Shown: positions 13,068 through 26,320, counted from the whole stretch's first letter. The stretch: 63,900 bases of DNA, filler included, from Hausera hauseri (GCA_046269625.1; 12 parts of 12 records of this genome joined end to end with filler, not necessarily neighbours in it); one strand, 5' to 3'. Translations and numbers: made by a program. The notes: generated by a model not told the origin, from the letters alone.

Positions 13068-15890
13068 NNNNNNNNNNNNNNNNNNNNNNNNNNNNNNNNN
13101 NNNNNNNNNNNTTAATTAATTAANNNNNNNNNNNNNNNNNNNNNNNNNNNNNNNNNNNNNNNNNNNNTTTTCGTAATATTTTTAGATTTTTACTATAGTC
13201 TCATTTATTCCGTTTAAATGTTACTAAATTCGGTCGTCCGAGTTAATTTTTTTATAAATTATTTAATATTTGCCAAGTATACAATATTCCTGATTATAAC
13301 GAAACATATTACAGATTTTTGTAAATCTGATTTCCGTGCCCTATTTACAATTTGCCGGTTGCTAATGATCCTTATTTACAACATATACAACAACAGTTTT
13401 TTCAATAAGGATACATTCGAGCAAAGGTTTTAAAATGACCTTCCCGTAATTGTGTATGCTTCAGATTCCCTTGCTTAAAGGAAGTGAGACACGCAACGAC
13501 CGTTCAATTTTACTATAAATCTGCGGGACTCCCGTTTTCTGGAATACGTTTCATTTCTTTATTGTTTCCCACAACATATTTAGGCTATATTAACCATTGT
13601 CAGGTGGATCTGTGAATTACGTGAACAAAATTAGATCTCGAATTTGTAAAAGATGTCGCTTTATTTTAAAATGATGCGCACTTTTTGTCTGTTTTTTATC
13701 AAAATACTTCAACCCAATTCAAGAACTCTAATTCAATATTTAAATTTGATTTTAGGTCCCTGATTCTCAGCGCTTCACGAATTACCTGTCATTTCAACTT
13801 TGAAAATTTGAATTTAAATTTTGAACTCTGTTAAATCAGTTTTCGTTTAACTATAAATTGATGTATTTCTACTCCTTTGACTGTGCTCTCCAACTTTAGG
13901 TAGTAGGTAGTGGTTTTTGTAGTCAATTTATAATCATACGGGCACTTACCGAAATATAAAATTTAAAGATATTCTCAGGGCAAAGACACTTAAAATGTTG
14001 TTTTATTATATCATATACTTTTTATTAAATTGTTCATGCAGCTTCGTAACCATTATGTACTTACAATTGTTAGCTAAAATATTATTTTTGAACTCCTACT
14101 AGTTAGAAAAGTTTCCAAGAATTTACCCATTCACTTTATCTAAACAGTAATTTCAATTTCACATCTACTGTCCATTTTAACGTTTACCAACTTATCGTAT
14201 TTCTTTATCCGTAGTTCATTAAATTTTTTCACAATATCTCTTTCGATAGTAATAAGATTACATTAAACAGTCTGCAGTATCGATGTATCATTATCATCGT
14301 CCGACTTGTAGCACTTAAATTCAAATCGTATTAGAAATGCGACGCATTATTTCCTTTACTAGTCAAATACTGATTTCAGTGACTAAAAGCAAAATTTAAA
14401 AAACAGAGATTTTCTTACGATAAATGTTTATAGTCATTGCAGAACGTGTAATTTCGTTGTGTATTTGTACTTCTAAACTTATGGCATGATATATACGATA
14501 TGTCGTTATATAAATGCATGAAAATGTAAATTTATATTTTTAAAGCATCGTTTTTGTACGTTATTTATAGAAATTATTATTTAAATGTCAAAGACGTACA
14601 TAAAATAGACACAAAAATAATAACTTAATTAAAGATGTGAATTCCTTGCATCATATTGTCGTGTTGTAACTAATATTATTTAATTTGTTTTTCTACAGTG
14701 GTATTTTGTTAGTTAAATTTATCATATATTCATCAACAATTTTCCTTTTAAATTTATTAAGTCAACAATTCAGTACAATGGTTAAAATGAATGGTAACGA
14801 TATGACAGGAGAAATAATAAATTCTGTGATTTTGTAATATATAATGGCCAACACACTTTCTGACAAAATAATAAGTTTCTTTTGGTCAATAATCACCACC
14901 ATTGATGGAATTAAAAGATCGACAAACAAAGGGGTTTAATTACAGCAACAAAGATTTTAGCAATCTCACTTCAAAATGTTATACAGTCAGCTAAATAATC
15001 GAAACTGTTCACAGAACCCTCTCCGACTATCTAACACAGACAAATTATTTTACTATCCAGACGAAATTTTAAAGCCTAAAAGGAAATTTTGTTTAAAACG
15101 ATATAACAATTAAGAAAAACTACAATACGAAATAACGTATGCCCACTTGAAAATTTACATGATCGATCCTTAGGCAAAATTCGTAGAGAAGGCCGAAATG
15201 CGGACCGAAATGTCTTTTGTTACGACTCTCCGAAAAGAAGGAAATTAATCTCTTGTTTATCTCGTCTTTTGTTCAATCTCCCTTCTCACCGCTTGTACCA
15301 ACGTTTAAATAAATTTATCAAGATCGCACAAAATATATTTCTCAATAACAAATTTATACCATTTTCACCCTTGTGCGGTACAAAAATCTTTCTACAATTA
15401 CATTAGGATCTGTGGTTTTTATACCTCTCAGTGTACTATGTAACAGTTTTACCAAAAATTCAATTATTTCTCAGAACAAACAATCAATTGTTGCGTCTCT
15501 ACAGAAAATTAGAAAAAAATACAATCTTACAGCAGATGTATAACTGCTTAATAATATTCCCGTCAATATCTCATTAAGATCAATTATAAAAATTACAGAG
15601 ATCCTCAGTAATAATAGAACATTGAATTTTGTTATTCCTTAGAATTTCATAGCAACCATCACAATACTATGTTGTTGACAAAACAGAAATTCAATAACTA
15701 TGTCATTGTGTGACAATGATGCAGTCTAAAACAGATGAGAAAAACGATAGGAAATCGATTTATCATGAAAGAGCAGAAAAATGATAATGATGATAATTTA
15801 ATTTCGACTATCGAGAGAAACAAGTTTCCAACTGCTTAACACAAGTGGAAGGCCAAGATATTATCTTCCACTGACAATTTGTGATTGGAA

Positions 15891-17484
15891 TTAGGGCAAC
15901 AGCAGGAAAATCGTATCGGTCCATGCTGAAAAATCCTCCTCTGATGAAAATCGAATCAGTTCAGGTGTTGCATGAGATGTTTCCACAGCCTTCTGGTGAA
16001 ACTTACTGAATGGTAAATTGCTCATTTGTTCGCAATCGGCATCCGTCGGTATTCCTGACGACATCAATGTGAAATCAAACAGGGTGTTTTCGGGTAACGA
16101 AAAATACAACCAATTGCCGTGTGGAATAGACGTAAGCAAGGCATTTGGCCGGTTTGTAATTAAATTGGGCAATGATTGTGGCCTCCATTGGCGTAGAAGC
16201 AAATTATACTTTTGTCTTTTTTATATAGGTCATGGGCAATAAGAGCTATGTATTCTGAAGTCATTTTACCTGGTATGTTGGAGAATGGATTAAATCCATG
16301 TTTGGATGAGCGAGGTCAATACAGCCGAGAAGGATTGTTGAGGGTAGGTGCCAGAAAAAAAGAAAAAAAGGTCAAATGTAACTAACCCTCTACCATATAT
16401 AGTACGGTGCAGTTGAGCCATACAAAGAGTAAAGTCTGATGCAGAGTCCACGTCATTCAATGAGATACTATGGGAACGTTTATCCACGTTATCGACTTTT
16501 TCTCGAGGTTTCACAAATTTTATATCTTATGGTAAGGGCATCATTAGGATCCATTTTAAGGTCAGCGAGGGTGACTTCAATAGGTAATGGGAGGCTACTA
16601 GAAAAGGCTAAAGCATAGCCTGCAAAAATAAGGTCCTTAATATAATAAGAGTTGGGTATTCTTATATACGACAAATTTGGTGGTTGTGGGAGCCAATCTA
16701 TTTCATTTAAGGATATTTGCCCGTTGGGTGAGTTTTCTAAATAATGGCGCCAGGATGGTACATCTGAGTACTCTAACTCGAAATACATGAAGGATGCTTT
16801 TCTGATAAATATAGAAAGCAATTGTGAGGCCCATGTTTTGACTGTCAGTAAAAGAGACATATAGGATGAAAGATACTATTTAAACCGAGGTAGGGGTGGT
16901 CTGTCTATTTCTAATGTAATGGATTCTTGAGCAACAGACAGTAACAAATCTGTAGGTTGTGTGGGAAAGTTTGGAATGGCAAACTCTTGTTCAAGAGTTG
17001 GACGTAAGGCCTGAGGCCCATAAGTGTGTGTCCAATGGAATACCAGAATGCACCGATCTTGAAGACTATTGCCATTACATTTATTCGGAATTGAAAATAC
17101 AGAAGGATATCGAGCTATAGTATGACGGAGGGAGGAATCCGTACGTATAGCCCCATAGATGGCACGAGAACGTAGCACTTCCGTAAGAAAAGTGATAGGT
17201 GAACCACTTGGTAAAAATATGGGTAAACGGGGCATTTGCTGTAAACTGGAAAATTGTAGGTTCTGGCCAATATTTTGAATTTCTGGTGCTTGGGTTAGAG
17301 TACAACATATAGTAAAGGAAGGCGAGGGTGCAAGAGATTGCAAAATCAAAGAAGGTTGTATGTCCGTCATGGAGCGTTCGACGAAGCACAAGACACTTAT
17401 ACCTTGAACGTGTCTCAAAGGATTGTTTTCAGAGGTGAAACAAGGCTCAGTAGCAAACGAATCTAACGACACGGTAATACTCAC
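15891..17484 (-). pseudogene. Intronless, frameshifted ~500-aa coding remnant of unknown, possibly RNA-viral origin
   Basis: Four collinear minus-strand ORFs (16876-17484, 16489-16860, 16290-16514, 15891-16202) in otherwise non-coding AT-rich DNA; methyltransferase-like stretch NEIDWLP...DLIFAGYALAF. Confidence 0.4.
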
Positions 17485-17487
17485 ACA

Positions 17488-17660
17488 CTATGATATGATC
17501 ATCATGTGACATATCCTTTGAGGAACGTCGCCCTCATCATTGCCCATCTGACAAATTCGCGTTCTCTAGTCAGCTCGCCTGTATCCCTCACGTTCATTTT
17601 CGAAGTCTCCTTGATGTCTTGCGTCCAGTGTCTTCTTGGTCGTCCTTTGCCTTGTGCCAG
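17488..17660 (-). mobile_element. 3' end of an RTE-clade non-LTR retrotransposon
   Basis: Translates GKGRPRRHWTQDIKE...TREREFVRWAMMRATFLKGYVT* (stop 17502-17504), the typical RTE C-terminus, followed by a short TGA/TCA-repeat tail. Confidence 0.75.
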
Positions 17661-18186
17661 GAATAATACATTTCATTACTGTTCTTTTCAGAACGTCCTG
17701 GCGTTTAAATTGGCATGATGTTGTTGTTGTTGCTCTCCTCATCGACGAGCGTCAGCTCGTGTTGACGGGCCTTGAGAAAAGGCCGTGGCCCTAAAAAGGA
17801 CCACAGGAGTGGTTTTATTGAGTATCCCTTCTTTCCCAGTGGAGTCTACCAGGGTGGGCCGGGGTCCTCCAGGCTTGAGTGCTATGCTTGGCCTCCCAGG
17901 ATGATCCACGTCTCAAAGTGGGGGATCNNNNNNNNNNNNNNNNNNNNNNNNNNNNNNNNNNNNNNNNNNNNTTAATTAATTAANNNNNNNNNNNNNNNNN
18001 NNNNNNNNNNNNNNNNNNNNNNNNNNNTTGGAATTATTAAGACAAAGGACTTAATTCCTGGTATTAGCAGTCATGCGGTAAGTTAAAAATAGATATAAGG
18101 ACTGCTTTGTTTAATTGTGATTAGTGCGCTAAAAATAGATTGTAGTCATCGTCTGCACTTTAATTAGTCTGGAAATAATTATTGCT

Positions 18187-18296
18187 TACTTACAATTGTA
18201 AGTAGTAAATTGCTGACTAATAATTAAAAGTGAAATTGGGTGCTGAATTTAATTTATAATTATTTAAATTTTCTAAACTACTTACAATTGTAAGTA
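18187..18296. repeat. Two copies of the perfect 18-bp palindrome TACTTACAATTGTAAGTA
   Basis: Read directly at 18187-18204 and 18279-18296, upstream of rep. Confidence 0.9.
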
Positions 18297-18835
18297 ATAT
18301 GTTGGCCCTAAATTTAATCTTAATTTTTATTCGTTGAATCGATATGAAATTTTCTACCCCTGTAAAACATGTTTTAATATTTGAGTCTCCAATAGGATTG
18401 AAGCTTGTGTGTCTTCTTTCTTATTGGTAACTCATTTTTTAATAAGAAAAATTAAGAAAAGGTTAAATTTTAATGCAGTTAAACAAACTGCACTACATAA
18501 AGTTAAATTAATGAAATTTAATCATTTTTTCTGTGCTAATTTTATCGATTAATGGCCAATGATTTCTCAGTTGACTTAGATGACCTGTGGAATACTATTT
18601 CCCAGGAGTCAGTGCAAGAGGAAATAAATCCTCAAAATGTAAATTTAATTATTATTTAATTATTAATAATTTTTAATTAGGAAATAGAAATTATAGATGT
18701 TGATAATATGCCAGATACGCCGCCTAATTTATTTGATCGTATTGTAGCCAATGTAATTTTAATTAATTATTTATTTTAATATTATTAATAGGTGCAAGAG
18801 GAAAAGGATATCAACCAATACAAAAGAATTTTCTC

Positions 18836-20017
18836 ATGTTGGGAGTTGATGATACTCCTTTATTGCCTACTTCCCTTGGTGAGAATGTATTTAATGCTTT
18901 GCAGACGAAATTTAAGGACTGCGTCCGTACTCTTGCTATGCCTCCTTTAGGTGCAACTTTTCGCCATTGGATGTTGGTGCATGAGTTGCGTAGTACTAAT
19001 GATGTCTTTGTTTATTTTCAATTTTATCTTGGGATTTATAAACAGCGTCACTGGTATATTCGTATGCAGGAGGAGAAGTCGCCTTCTGGCTTCCATCACC
19101 TGCATGTTCTGATTCATACTCCTTTTGCTTATCGTTTGTCTTTTATGTGTAAGCAACTTCAAAGTTATGTTGTACCCTTTAGGGCTGATGTGTACGCTGT
19201 GTACGCATATCATTTTAAGCCGTCTTTTGATGGGGCTATGATTCTTTCATGTGGTAATCCCCCAATAAATGTATATAAGGAAAATAATTCTCGTAAGGCT
19301 CTCTATAAGCTCTTTGATGATGCGCCTACGGTTGAAGATGCTCTCGCCATCATGAAGGATGGCGATCGAGCTGAGTATATTACACGTCATAATATGCTCA
19401 ATAAATATGTTCGAAATAAATTTAGGCCGAAGTTCACTCCTAATAGGGATTTAGTCTTTCTTATCCCTCCTATACCTTTCTATGTTAGAGATGGCCGGAA
19501 TAGTGCCGTTTTGTTTGGTTCTTCGAACATAGGGAAGACCTCTTATGCCCTTTCCCATGGCAATAACCCTCTTTTACTTCATTCCTTGCATGATACTCCT
19601 TCTGAGTGGACCGGGGAGTTTGACGTCATCATTTTCGATGATGTAGGTTTTCACGATTTGTCGCCGGATCTTTTCTTGTCTATCTTGCAGTGTAATCACG
19701 AATTGGACAATAGGTCCATTCGTGGATTATATAAATCTGTAGTTATTTCTTCTACGGTCCCTGTAATCTTTACTTATAATTGTGCACTCTCGTTTTGGCC
19801 AGCTCGTATGGATGGCTTCCAGAAGGAAGCATGTATTAAACGTTTATTTGTATATGATTGCGGGAACAATTTACTTTATCGATCGTCTGGTTCTCGTGAT
19901 CATTTCTTGTCTAGTAATGTAATTGATGTTAGGCGGTTAATTGAATCTAATGGACCCTGGAGTGCAAGTCAAATGCAAGTCGGTAGCAGTTCAAATGCAT
20001 ATGAACAAAGAAAATGA
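18836..20017 (+). CDS. rep: CRESS-DNA-virus replication-associated protein (HUH endonuclease + SF3 helicase), probably endogenous
   Basis: Intact 393-aa ORF: motif I-like RHWMLV, motif II SGFHHLHVL, motif III YHFK, Walker A GSSNIGKT, Walker B IIFDD, motif C IFTYN, Arg finger KRLF. Confidence 0.9.
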   Translation: MLGVDDTPLLPTSLGENVFNALQTKFKDCVRTLAMPPLGATFRHWMLVHELRSTNDVFVYFQFYLGIYKQRHWYIRMQEEKSPSGFHHLHVLIHTPFAYRLSFMCKQLQSYVVPFRADVYAVYAYHFKPSFDGAMILSCGNPPINVYKENNSRKALYKLFDDAPTVEDALAIMKDGDRAEYITRHNMLNKYVRNKFRPKFTPNRDLVFLIPPIPFYVRDGRNSAVLFGSSNIGKTSYALSHGNNPLLLHSLHDTPSEWTGEFDVIIFDDVGFHDLSPDLFLSILQCNHELDNRSIRGLYKSVVISSTVPVIFTYNCALSFWPARMDGFQKEACIKRLFVYDCGNNLLYRSSGSRDHFLSSNVIDVRRLIESNGPWSASQMQVGSSSNAYEQRK

Positions 20018-22483
20018 TTCTTTACTGTGATTGGCTGATTGTAATCCACCAATGATTCGATCTCAGTGCTGGGCATTTGACACTATGTTTTTTCTCGATC
20101 TGGCACTGTTACGTGGACCTTTATCAAAGAGTAAAACGTATCTACGCGATGCCCGATTGAAGAATGTCTATCCAAAGACGTATCGTGAACTAATGAATGC
20201 CAGTATTTCCCAGTGCAGCAAAGAGAAGAACAGAAAAACATTGAAGACACTTATGGACATTTTAGGAGGATTTCCACAGCCGCCGATTTGATTTCGAAAA
20301 TTTTACACACAAAAATTACACACAAAAATATAATGACAACGGCTCTCAATAAGATGAGAAAATTTGAACAAAGTTCTTTTTATCGGACGTTAAGTATAAA
20401 AGTGTGAAAAGTTTACGTTCTTATGACCGAAGTTCTACTATATGCGGAGTTCTAATATGAGATTCTTCCTATGATTAAAAAATTGGAAAAAAACGGAAAT
20501 CGTAAAACTGTGTTCTCCTATGTGGAGTCGATTGTATTTGGCAAATTATGCTTCTCCGTATTTGTATTTCTAGTGTTGATTTCAGCCATGATATTTGAGG
20601 ACGCATATTGAATTTGTCAGTCACTTGAGTTTGGGTTACCGCCTCCAAGAACATCGTTTACTGATCCATACTCTTCGATTCTGTTAAACCAATAGAATTC
20701 GATCACGATCTATTTTGATATTTCTTCTGGGTAAAATAACGTCGTGTCATTGTTTTTGTGTATATGTATTCCTTTATATAAACTCTGCTAATTTTATTGT
20801 ATAGTGAACCGAAACTTATATTGTATCGCCCCAAACTTTGAACATGCAAACAAGAATGTAACATACACACAAACAAATTCCCCTTAGCAATGATGCTGTT
20901 TACTTGTTATAGAATAATGCATATGGAAATTAAGGGGCGGTCTAAAAGTGTAGGTAATTTTTGGTTGTATGACAGAGGGGGTGATACTGTATCAGTGCCA
21001 GTAAACCTGATAAAATCACAGCTATTCGAAGAATAAATAACATTTCTAGTTAATAAAAATCAGTTTATTTATAATGGAAGATAAAACTTTCAATCCATAG
21101 TGGGTTCAATAAACTTAAACCATAACGTTTATTTTTCTGCATTTAAAATTTAGGATTAATATTTTATATACTTTATATCACTATAAGCAAAAGTCTATAG
21201 AAATGCACACATGGGAATACAATGTGTGGTCAATTCAGTGCATAATTGGGTACCTTGAACTCGCTTTATAAAAGTAAAATATTAATTTCATTTAGAGTTT
21301 TTCATTTACATTTAATCAATTTACTGGTTTTATGAAGCCCGACACATTCACCAAATAGTGCACTGAATAGGCAACATGCTGAAAACACAGTGATGGCGCA
21401 ATTCGTCGTCAAGTGATATTAAAGCAAATCGTAACAAATCTTTAAATTTTCGAATATATATAGTTTCTTTAAACACATGACGTGCGTTCACCAATAACGC
21501 AACTAAGTAATTTATTATACAACTAATATATAATCCTATAACAAATTCAATTCCAATTGACTTAGACAATTAATTTTGTGATAAAATCAGTTAGATTCAC
21601 TCAATTAACACATGAAATCTTGCACTAAATACATTTTGAAAATAGAAAAAAATCTACATATCATTTAATATATAACCACATGCGACATTAAGAACAAAGA
21701 TACCGTTACGTCCTTTAGACATAAATGCATGTTTAAACAATTTTAAATGACGCGGCGTCATGCACTGAAACAAATCGGGAATTTTCAGTTTATCCACCTA
21801 ATTGCCCGGTTCATTCGAGATTGTCATCAGAAATTTTGTACTATTGAGACAAAGTAAAATGAATCTCTACAAAATTACCTTATTATATTCATGAATAAAT
21901 GTTTCTTAAACATTGCTTTTTCAATGTCCTTTATGTCACATTTCTATTCGTTATCTAACATAAATCTAGTCTAAATAAGATTTCTCACCGGAGTAAACTC
22001 GAAAATTTCGATATTTCGTTGTATGTAGTCATCTTTTGAATTGCTAAAAAAGCTTGAATCCGATATGATAACGTCATTTATCTATATCCAATAGATGCAT
22101 GTAAATTAAAATTTTAATACGTACAATAGTTTTAAGATGTTTTGTGCAAAACGTGGAACAGTTTATAACATCTAAGATGACAATGTGACATTTATCCATA
22201 ATATAATGCTGGAAATGATAACTATTTTAAACTTTTAGAAGTAGGCTTATTTTTACGTAAGTTTTCATAAGAATTTTAAAACCCCACATAAATATATAAT
22301 GTTTTGCATTTTTAAAACAAATGTATTAAGATAGACTTCAAAAATTGTTAATACTTCTTTTGAATCCCCAACCATGTTTTAATCATATTTAATTGAAATT
22401 GTAAAGATTAGTGACAGAACATCAATAAACGATTGCTTGTCACCAAATAATGTCCAAATATTAATAGTACATGGATGTAATTG

Positions 22484-22803
22484 TTAACCCTAGTGTCACC
22501 ATACCGGTCAGTTGACCGCTGTTAAATGTTTTCACTGTTGTAGCGTTAGAGTATCGAAACATTATTATGCGACGTTTAGTAACTTTGTCACATATATCGA
22601 TCGATTTACGAGAGATTTGGTTTAATTAGTTTCTGTCCTTCAACACAACAGAAAAATCAGTTTATACTTAGGAATACCAAACCGGTCAACTCACCGGTCA
22701 ATTCACCGGTCAATCAAGAGATGAGATTGTAGTTGGCAGTAATTATCAAGCATCTTATGTTATCGTAAAGATACGTTATAATTTAGCAATTATTTAATAA
22801 ATC
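22484..22803 (+). mobile_element. piggyBac-type terminus
   Basis: TTAA (22484-22487) followed by CCCTAGTGTCACCATACCGGTCAGTTGACCG, and three tandem ACCGGTCAA subterminal repeats at 22681-22712. Confidence 0.6.
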
Positions 22804-22903
22804 NNNNNNNNNNNNNNNNNNNNNNNNNNNNNNNNNNNNNNNNNNNNTTAATTAATTAANNNNNNNNNNNNNNNNNNNNNNNNNNNNNNNNNNNNNNNNN
22901 NNN

Positions 22904-25900
22904 CGATATCCTTCACAGGCTTCATAATTCGACCATTTTTTCCTGCATTAATTTACACAAAGCATACCACCAAATTCAGGTGGCTCCAGCAGACATTCCG
23001 ACAATGGCTGTCTAACACCTTTCGGCCTTTTCGAATAATTTTCATGCCTTTTGTCTCCGTAGCGCTTCCCAGACCTTCCAAAGGCATATTGATACAGTTC
23101 TCTCACATATAGACTTTATTTATCCCTATATCGATGATATCCTAATTGCATCATTTTCCTCGAAAGAACACTCCGAGTACTTACGTTTAATTTTCCAGCG
23201 CTTGCACCAAAACAACTTGCAAATTAATTTCGCCAAATGCTTTTTTCCAACATAATATCAACTTCTTAGGACATGTTATTAGTTCCTCCGGACATTCACC
23301 TCAGCCAAAGCGCATCACACAGCTCAAAAACATACAACTACCACGTACATCAACAGAGATGCGTTTTTTCCTCGGAATCTTGCACTTTATTCATAAGTAT
23401 ATTCCACACTGCTCCACTCTAACCGTTCCATTTGTATCACTAAGCTCTGGCAAGAAAAAACAGCTTATTCAATGGACCGCCAAGCTAGTCAACGCTTTCG
23501 ATCACCTCAAAGATAATCTAAAAACCGTCGAAATCCTGGCCTATCCCGATTCCCATGCAGAACTCTTCTTAAACACGGATGCATCCACAACAGCTGCAGG
23601 TTCTGTTCTCCATCAAGTCAAAAATGGATTCCATGACCCATTAGAATTATGTTCTCGAAAATTCACGGCACAAGAGCAAAGATATTTCACCTTTTACAGA
23701 GAGTTGCTTGCAATGGTCCTTGTCATAAAGCACATTAAGCATCTGCTAATTGCACGAACCTTTACAATACAAATGGACCACAAGCCCTTGCTTCAAATTC
23801 TCACCATGAAATTGCCTTCTCCACGTCAGGAGAGTCAAATATCGTATTTGTCAACATTTAATTTTGAAACTAAACACCTAAATGGAGTCGACAATTTAGT
23901 AGCTGACTTTTTGTCCCGATTGGTCAGCTCGACTGATTTTACACCAATTTTCCGTCAATCCAAACTTTAACAAAACCAGCCACCTCCTGACATTATTAAA
24001 TCTTTTAAATCGTGCAAAACCATCGACGGTGTGGCCTTTGACACCTCCAAACCTAATAATTCTAAAGTCATCCTTTCTGAATCGCTTTAAAAAGAAGCAT
24101 TCTACAACATCCATTCGTTGCATCTCCCGGTACCAAGGCTACTTTTCGACTCTTACAAAGCCAAGTAGTATGGCCGTCGATGCGCTCTGACGTGCAGGCA
24201 TGGGTTAGGCAATGTGTGGCATGCCAAAAATACAAAGTTACTAAGCACTTAAAGCTATCACTATATCATTTTCCCTGCACGTCTCGTTTTGAATCTGTCC
24301 ACACTGACCTTGTATGCCCACTACCCTTAGACAACGTCCATCAGTTCATTCTCACAATGATGGACCGTTCCTCGCGATGGCCAAAGGCCGTCCCGTTTCG
24401 GAGAACCAACACAGAAACAATCCCAGACGTTTTCATCCGCACTTGGATCAGCATGTTTGGATCATCTCGCCACATCACTTCGGACCAAGGCCCACAGTTC
24501 GAATTCAACTTGTTTATAGCTCTTGTTAATCAATTGGGAATTAACCACATTCACACGTCACCATATCATCCTCAATCGAATGGCCTTCTCAGAACGCTTT
24601 CGCCGAACGATGAAAACGTCTCTCAAAATCCTTGCTGAGTCCAATCGCAGTTGGACTACTATCCTTCCGTACGTTCTTCTTGGCTGGCGGAACATACCAT
24701 CTACGTCTACAGTCTATTCACCTGCAGAAGCATTATTTGGTACTTCTATCAGACCATTATTCGATCTGGCTGAGCTGGACAATACTCCTACAGACGAAAC
24801 CATACTTCGTTGCGATTAGCAAAGACTCATTTTGTAGACTATTACACGGAAATAAACCTTACATGCCCGATGATCTATATACTGCCAAGTTCGTATGTCT
24901 GAAGAATCAGACGCCACGTGGTTTTCAACCTCAGTATGTTGGACCTTACAAAGTAATTCGTTTACACTCTCACAACATTATTCTCAAGGACGAAAAAGAA
25001 GTAACAGTCCACATCAACAACACTAAACCGGTGTTCTTCAATGACGATACGTCTCCCATCGAAACCACTTTTACACCAACATCTTTACATAACGCGCAGC
25101 AATCCAGCAATTAACCTCCCATCTCTGCTCAGTTCTTTAACCCACTTTTCCCTACTTTTTCTCCCAAGACATCTACTTCAATTTTTACTGACAGTTCGTC
25201 CTCCTTTTTCCCAACCCGATTTTGCACCCTCAAGCCTTTAACACCTCCTCCATCTCCTAGTGACAACTTTCTTTCTCCTGTTACAAGGCCTCCTCCGCCA
25301 GGCACCACTTCGACTTCACCAATCTCTCCATATACCCCTTTCATCATTCAGCCTCTTTCATACCACCTTCCAACTACTTTTCTTCGCCTTCTTCATCTTT
25401 TTTCTCTTTTCCGCTTTGTCCCTTTTCGCCGTCTTCTCTGGCTCTCTCTTTCTCCTTCCACACCTTCCTTATCTTGGGCATTTTCTTTCTCCATTTCTCC
25501 TCACATATCTTCTTTTACCCCTTTCATTTCCGCTTCGCAACTTCCTACTCTCTCTACTTCTATCCTTATCTCTTTTCCTCTCTCTACCACTAACTCTGTT
25601 TCATCTTCCACTTCCACTCTGTCGCCTAATACAATTCCAACTTCTATTTCAAATTTCCTCTCTTCTCATTCATTCTCTACTACACCTCTTGTTAGTCTCT
25701 TGTCTTCAAACACTCTCTTAAACACCTTCAACCATCCATCTACTACAATCTCTCTTCCTACTTCGCCTTCTTCTTCTTCTCTTTTTTCTGACTCGTCTTC
25801 GCATGACGCAACACTTACAACAAAGTCCGATAATGTTTTTCCACAACTTCAAACTCTTCAAGCAAACACATCGCATAAAGACAAAACACGCACAGTCACA

Positions 25901-26320
25901 TGTAGCAAGTATATCAGGGAAAAATCAGCAGAAGGCATCCAGCGTCTTGTTCACACTAAGACCAACTGACATAGATACTTTTTCGTTTTGCGATTTTTTC
26001 TTTCCGTCTCTTACTCTTTATAGTTTTCACTTTGCCACGGAGGGTGATGTGGTGCCCGCAGTAGCCGGTCTCCTTTGACCCATTTGGTTGGGCGCGGACG
26101 GGCGTCCGCTGCCGCCGCGCGGGCCCATAGGCGGGCTCTATCTTCTGCCTCAAAATTTCACAGTCCCTATCCTACTCAAAATATTCGTGCACAAAAAGTA
26201 TTAATTGTGAAATCATCAGAGACAATGAACGAAGCAAAAGCGACGACGTCGCCGAGAGAAAGCCGAAACTAGTCTGTTAAATGCGCAGCATCATTTTCTC
26301 TCAAACAATCACATCAACAA
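22904..26320 (+). mobile_element. Family A copy 3: RT-RH-IN, long S/T/P tail, PPT, 3' LTR (starts 26048, right end uncertain)
   Basis: PYIDDIL, NTDAS, MDHKPL, WVRQCVACQ, TSDQGPQF, YHPQSNG, YVGPYKV; PPT GGAGGGTGA then TGTGGTGCCCGC. Confidence 0.9.

Noticed and set aside
13168-15880. Host gene exons or RNA genes in the AT-rich stretch
   Set aside because: No convincing ORF, tRNA or rRNA signature recognisable by eye.
20031-20407. Capsid gene for the CRESS Rep
   Set aside because: ORFs are short, lack an Arg-rich N-terminus or jelly-roll features, and run into transposon-like repeats.
21100-22450. Coding-like minus-strand remnant
   Set aside because: Too many stops and no motif I can assign.
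25260-25721. Leu/Phe-rich 'membrane protein' ORFs (also 6574-6963, 6501-7058, 52417-52821)
   Set aside because: Alternative frames or antisense of the pyrimidine-rich S/T/P integrase tail.
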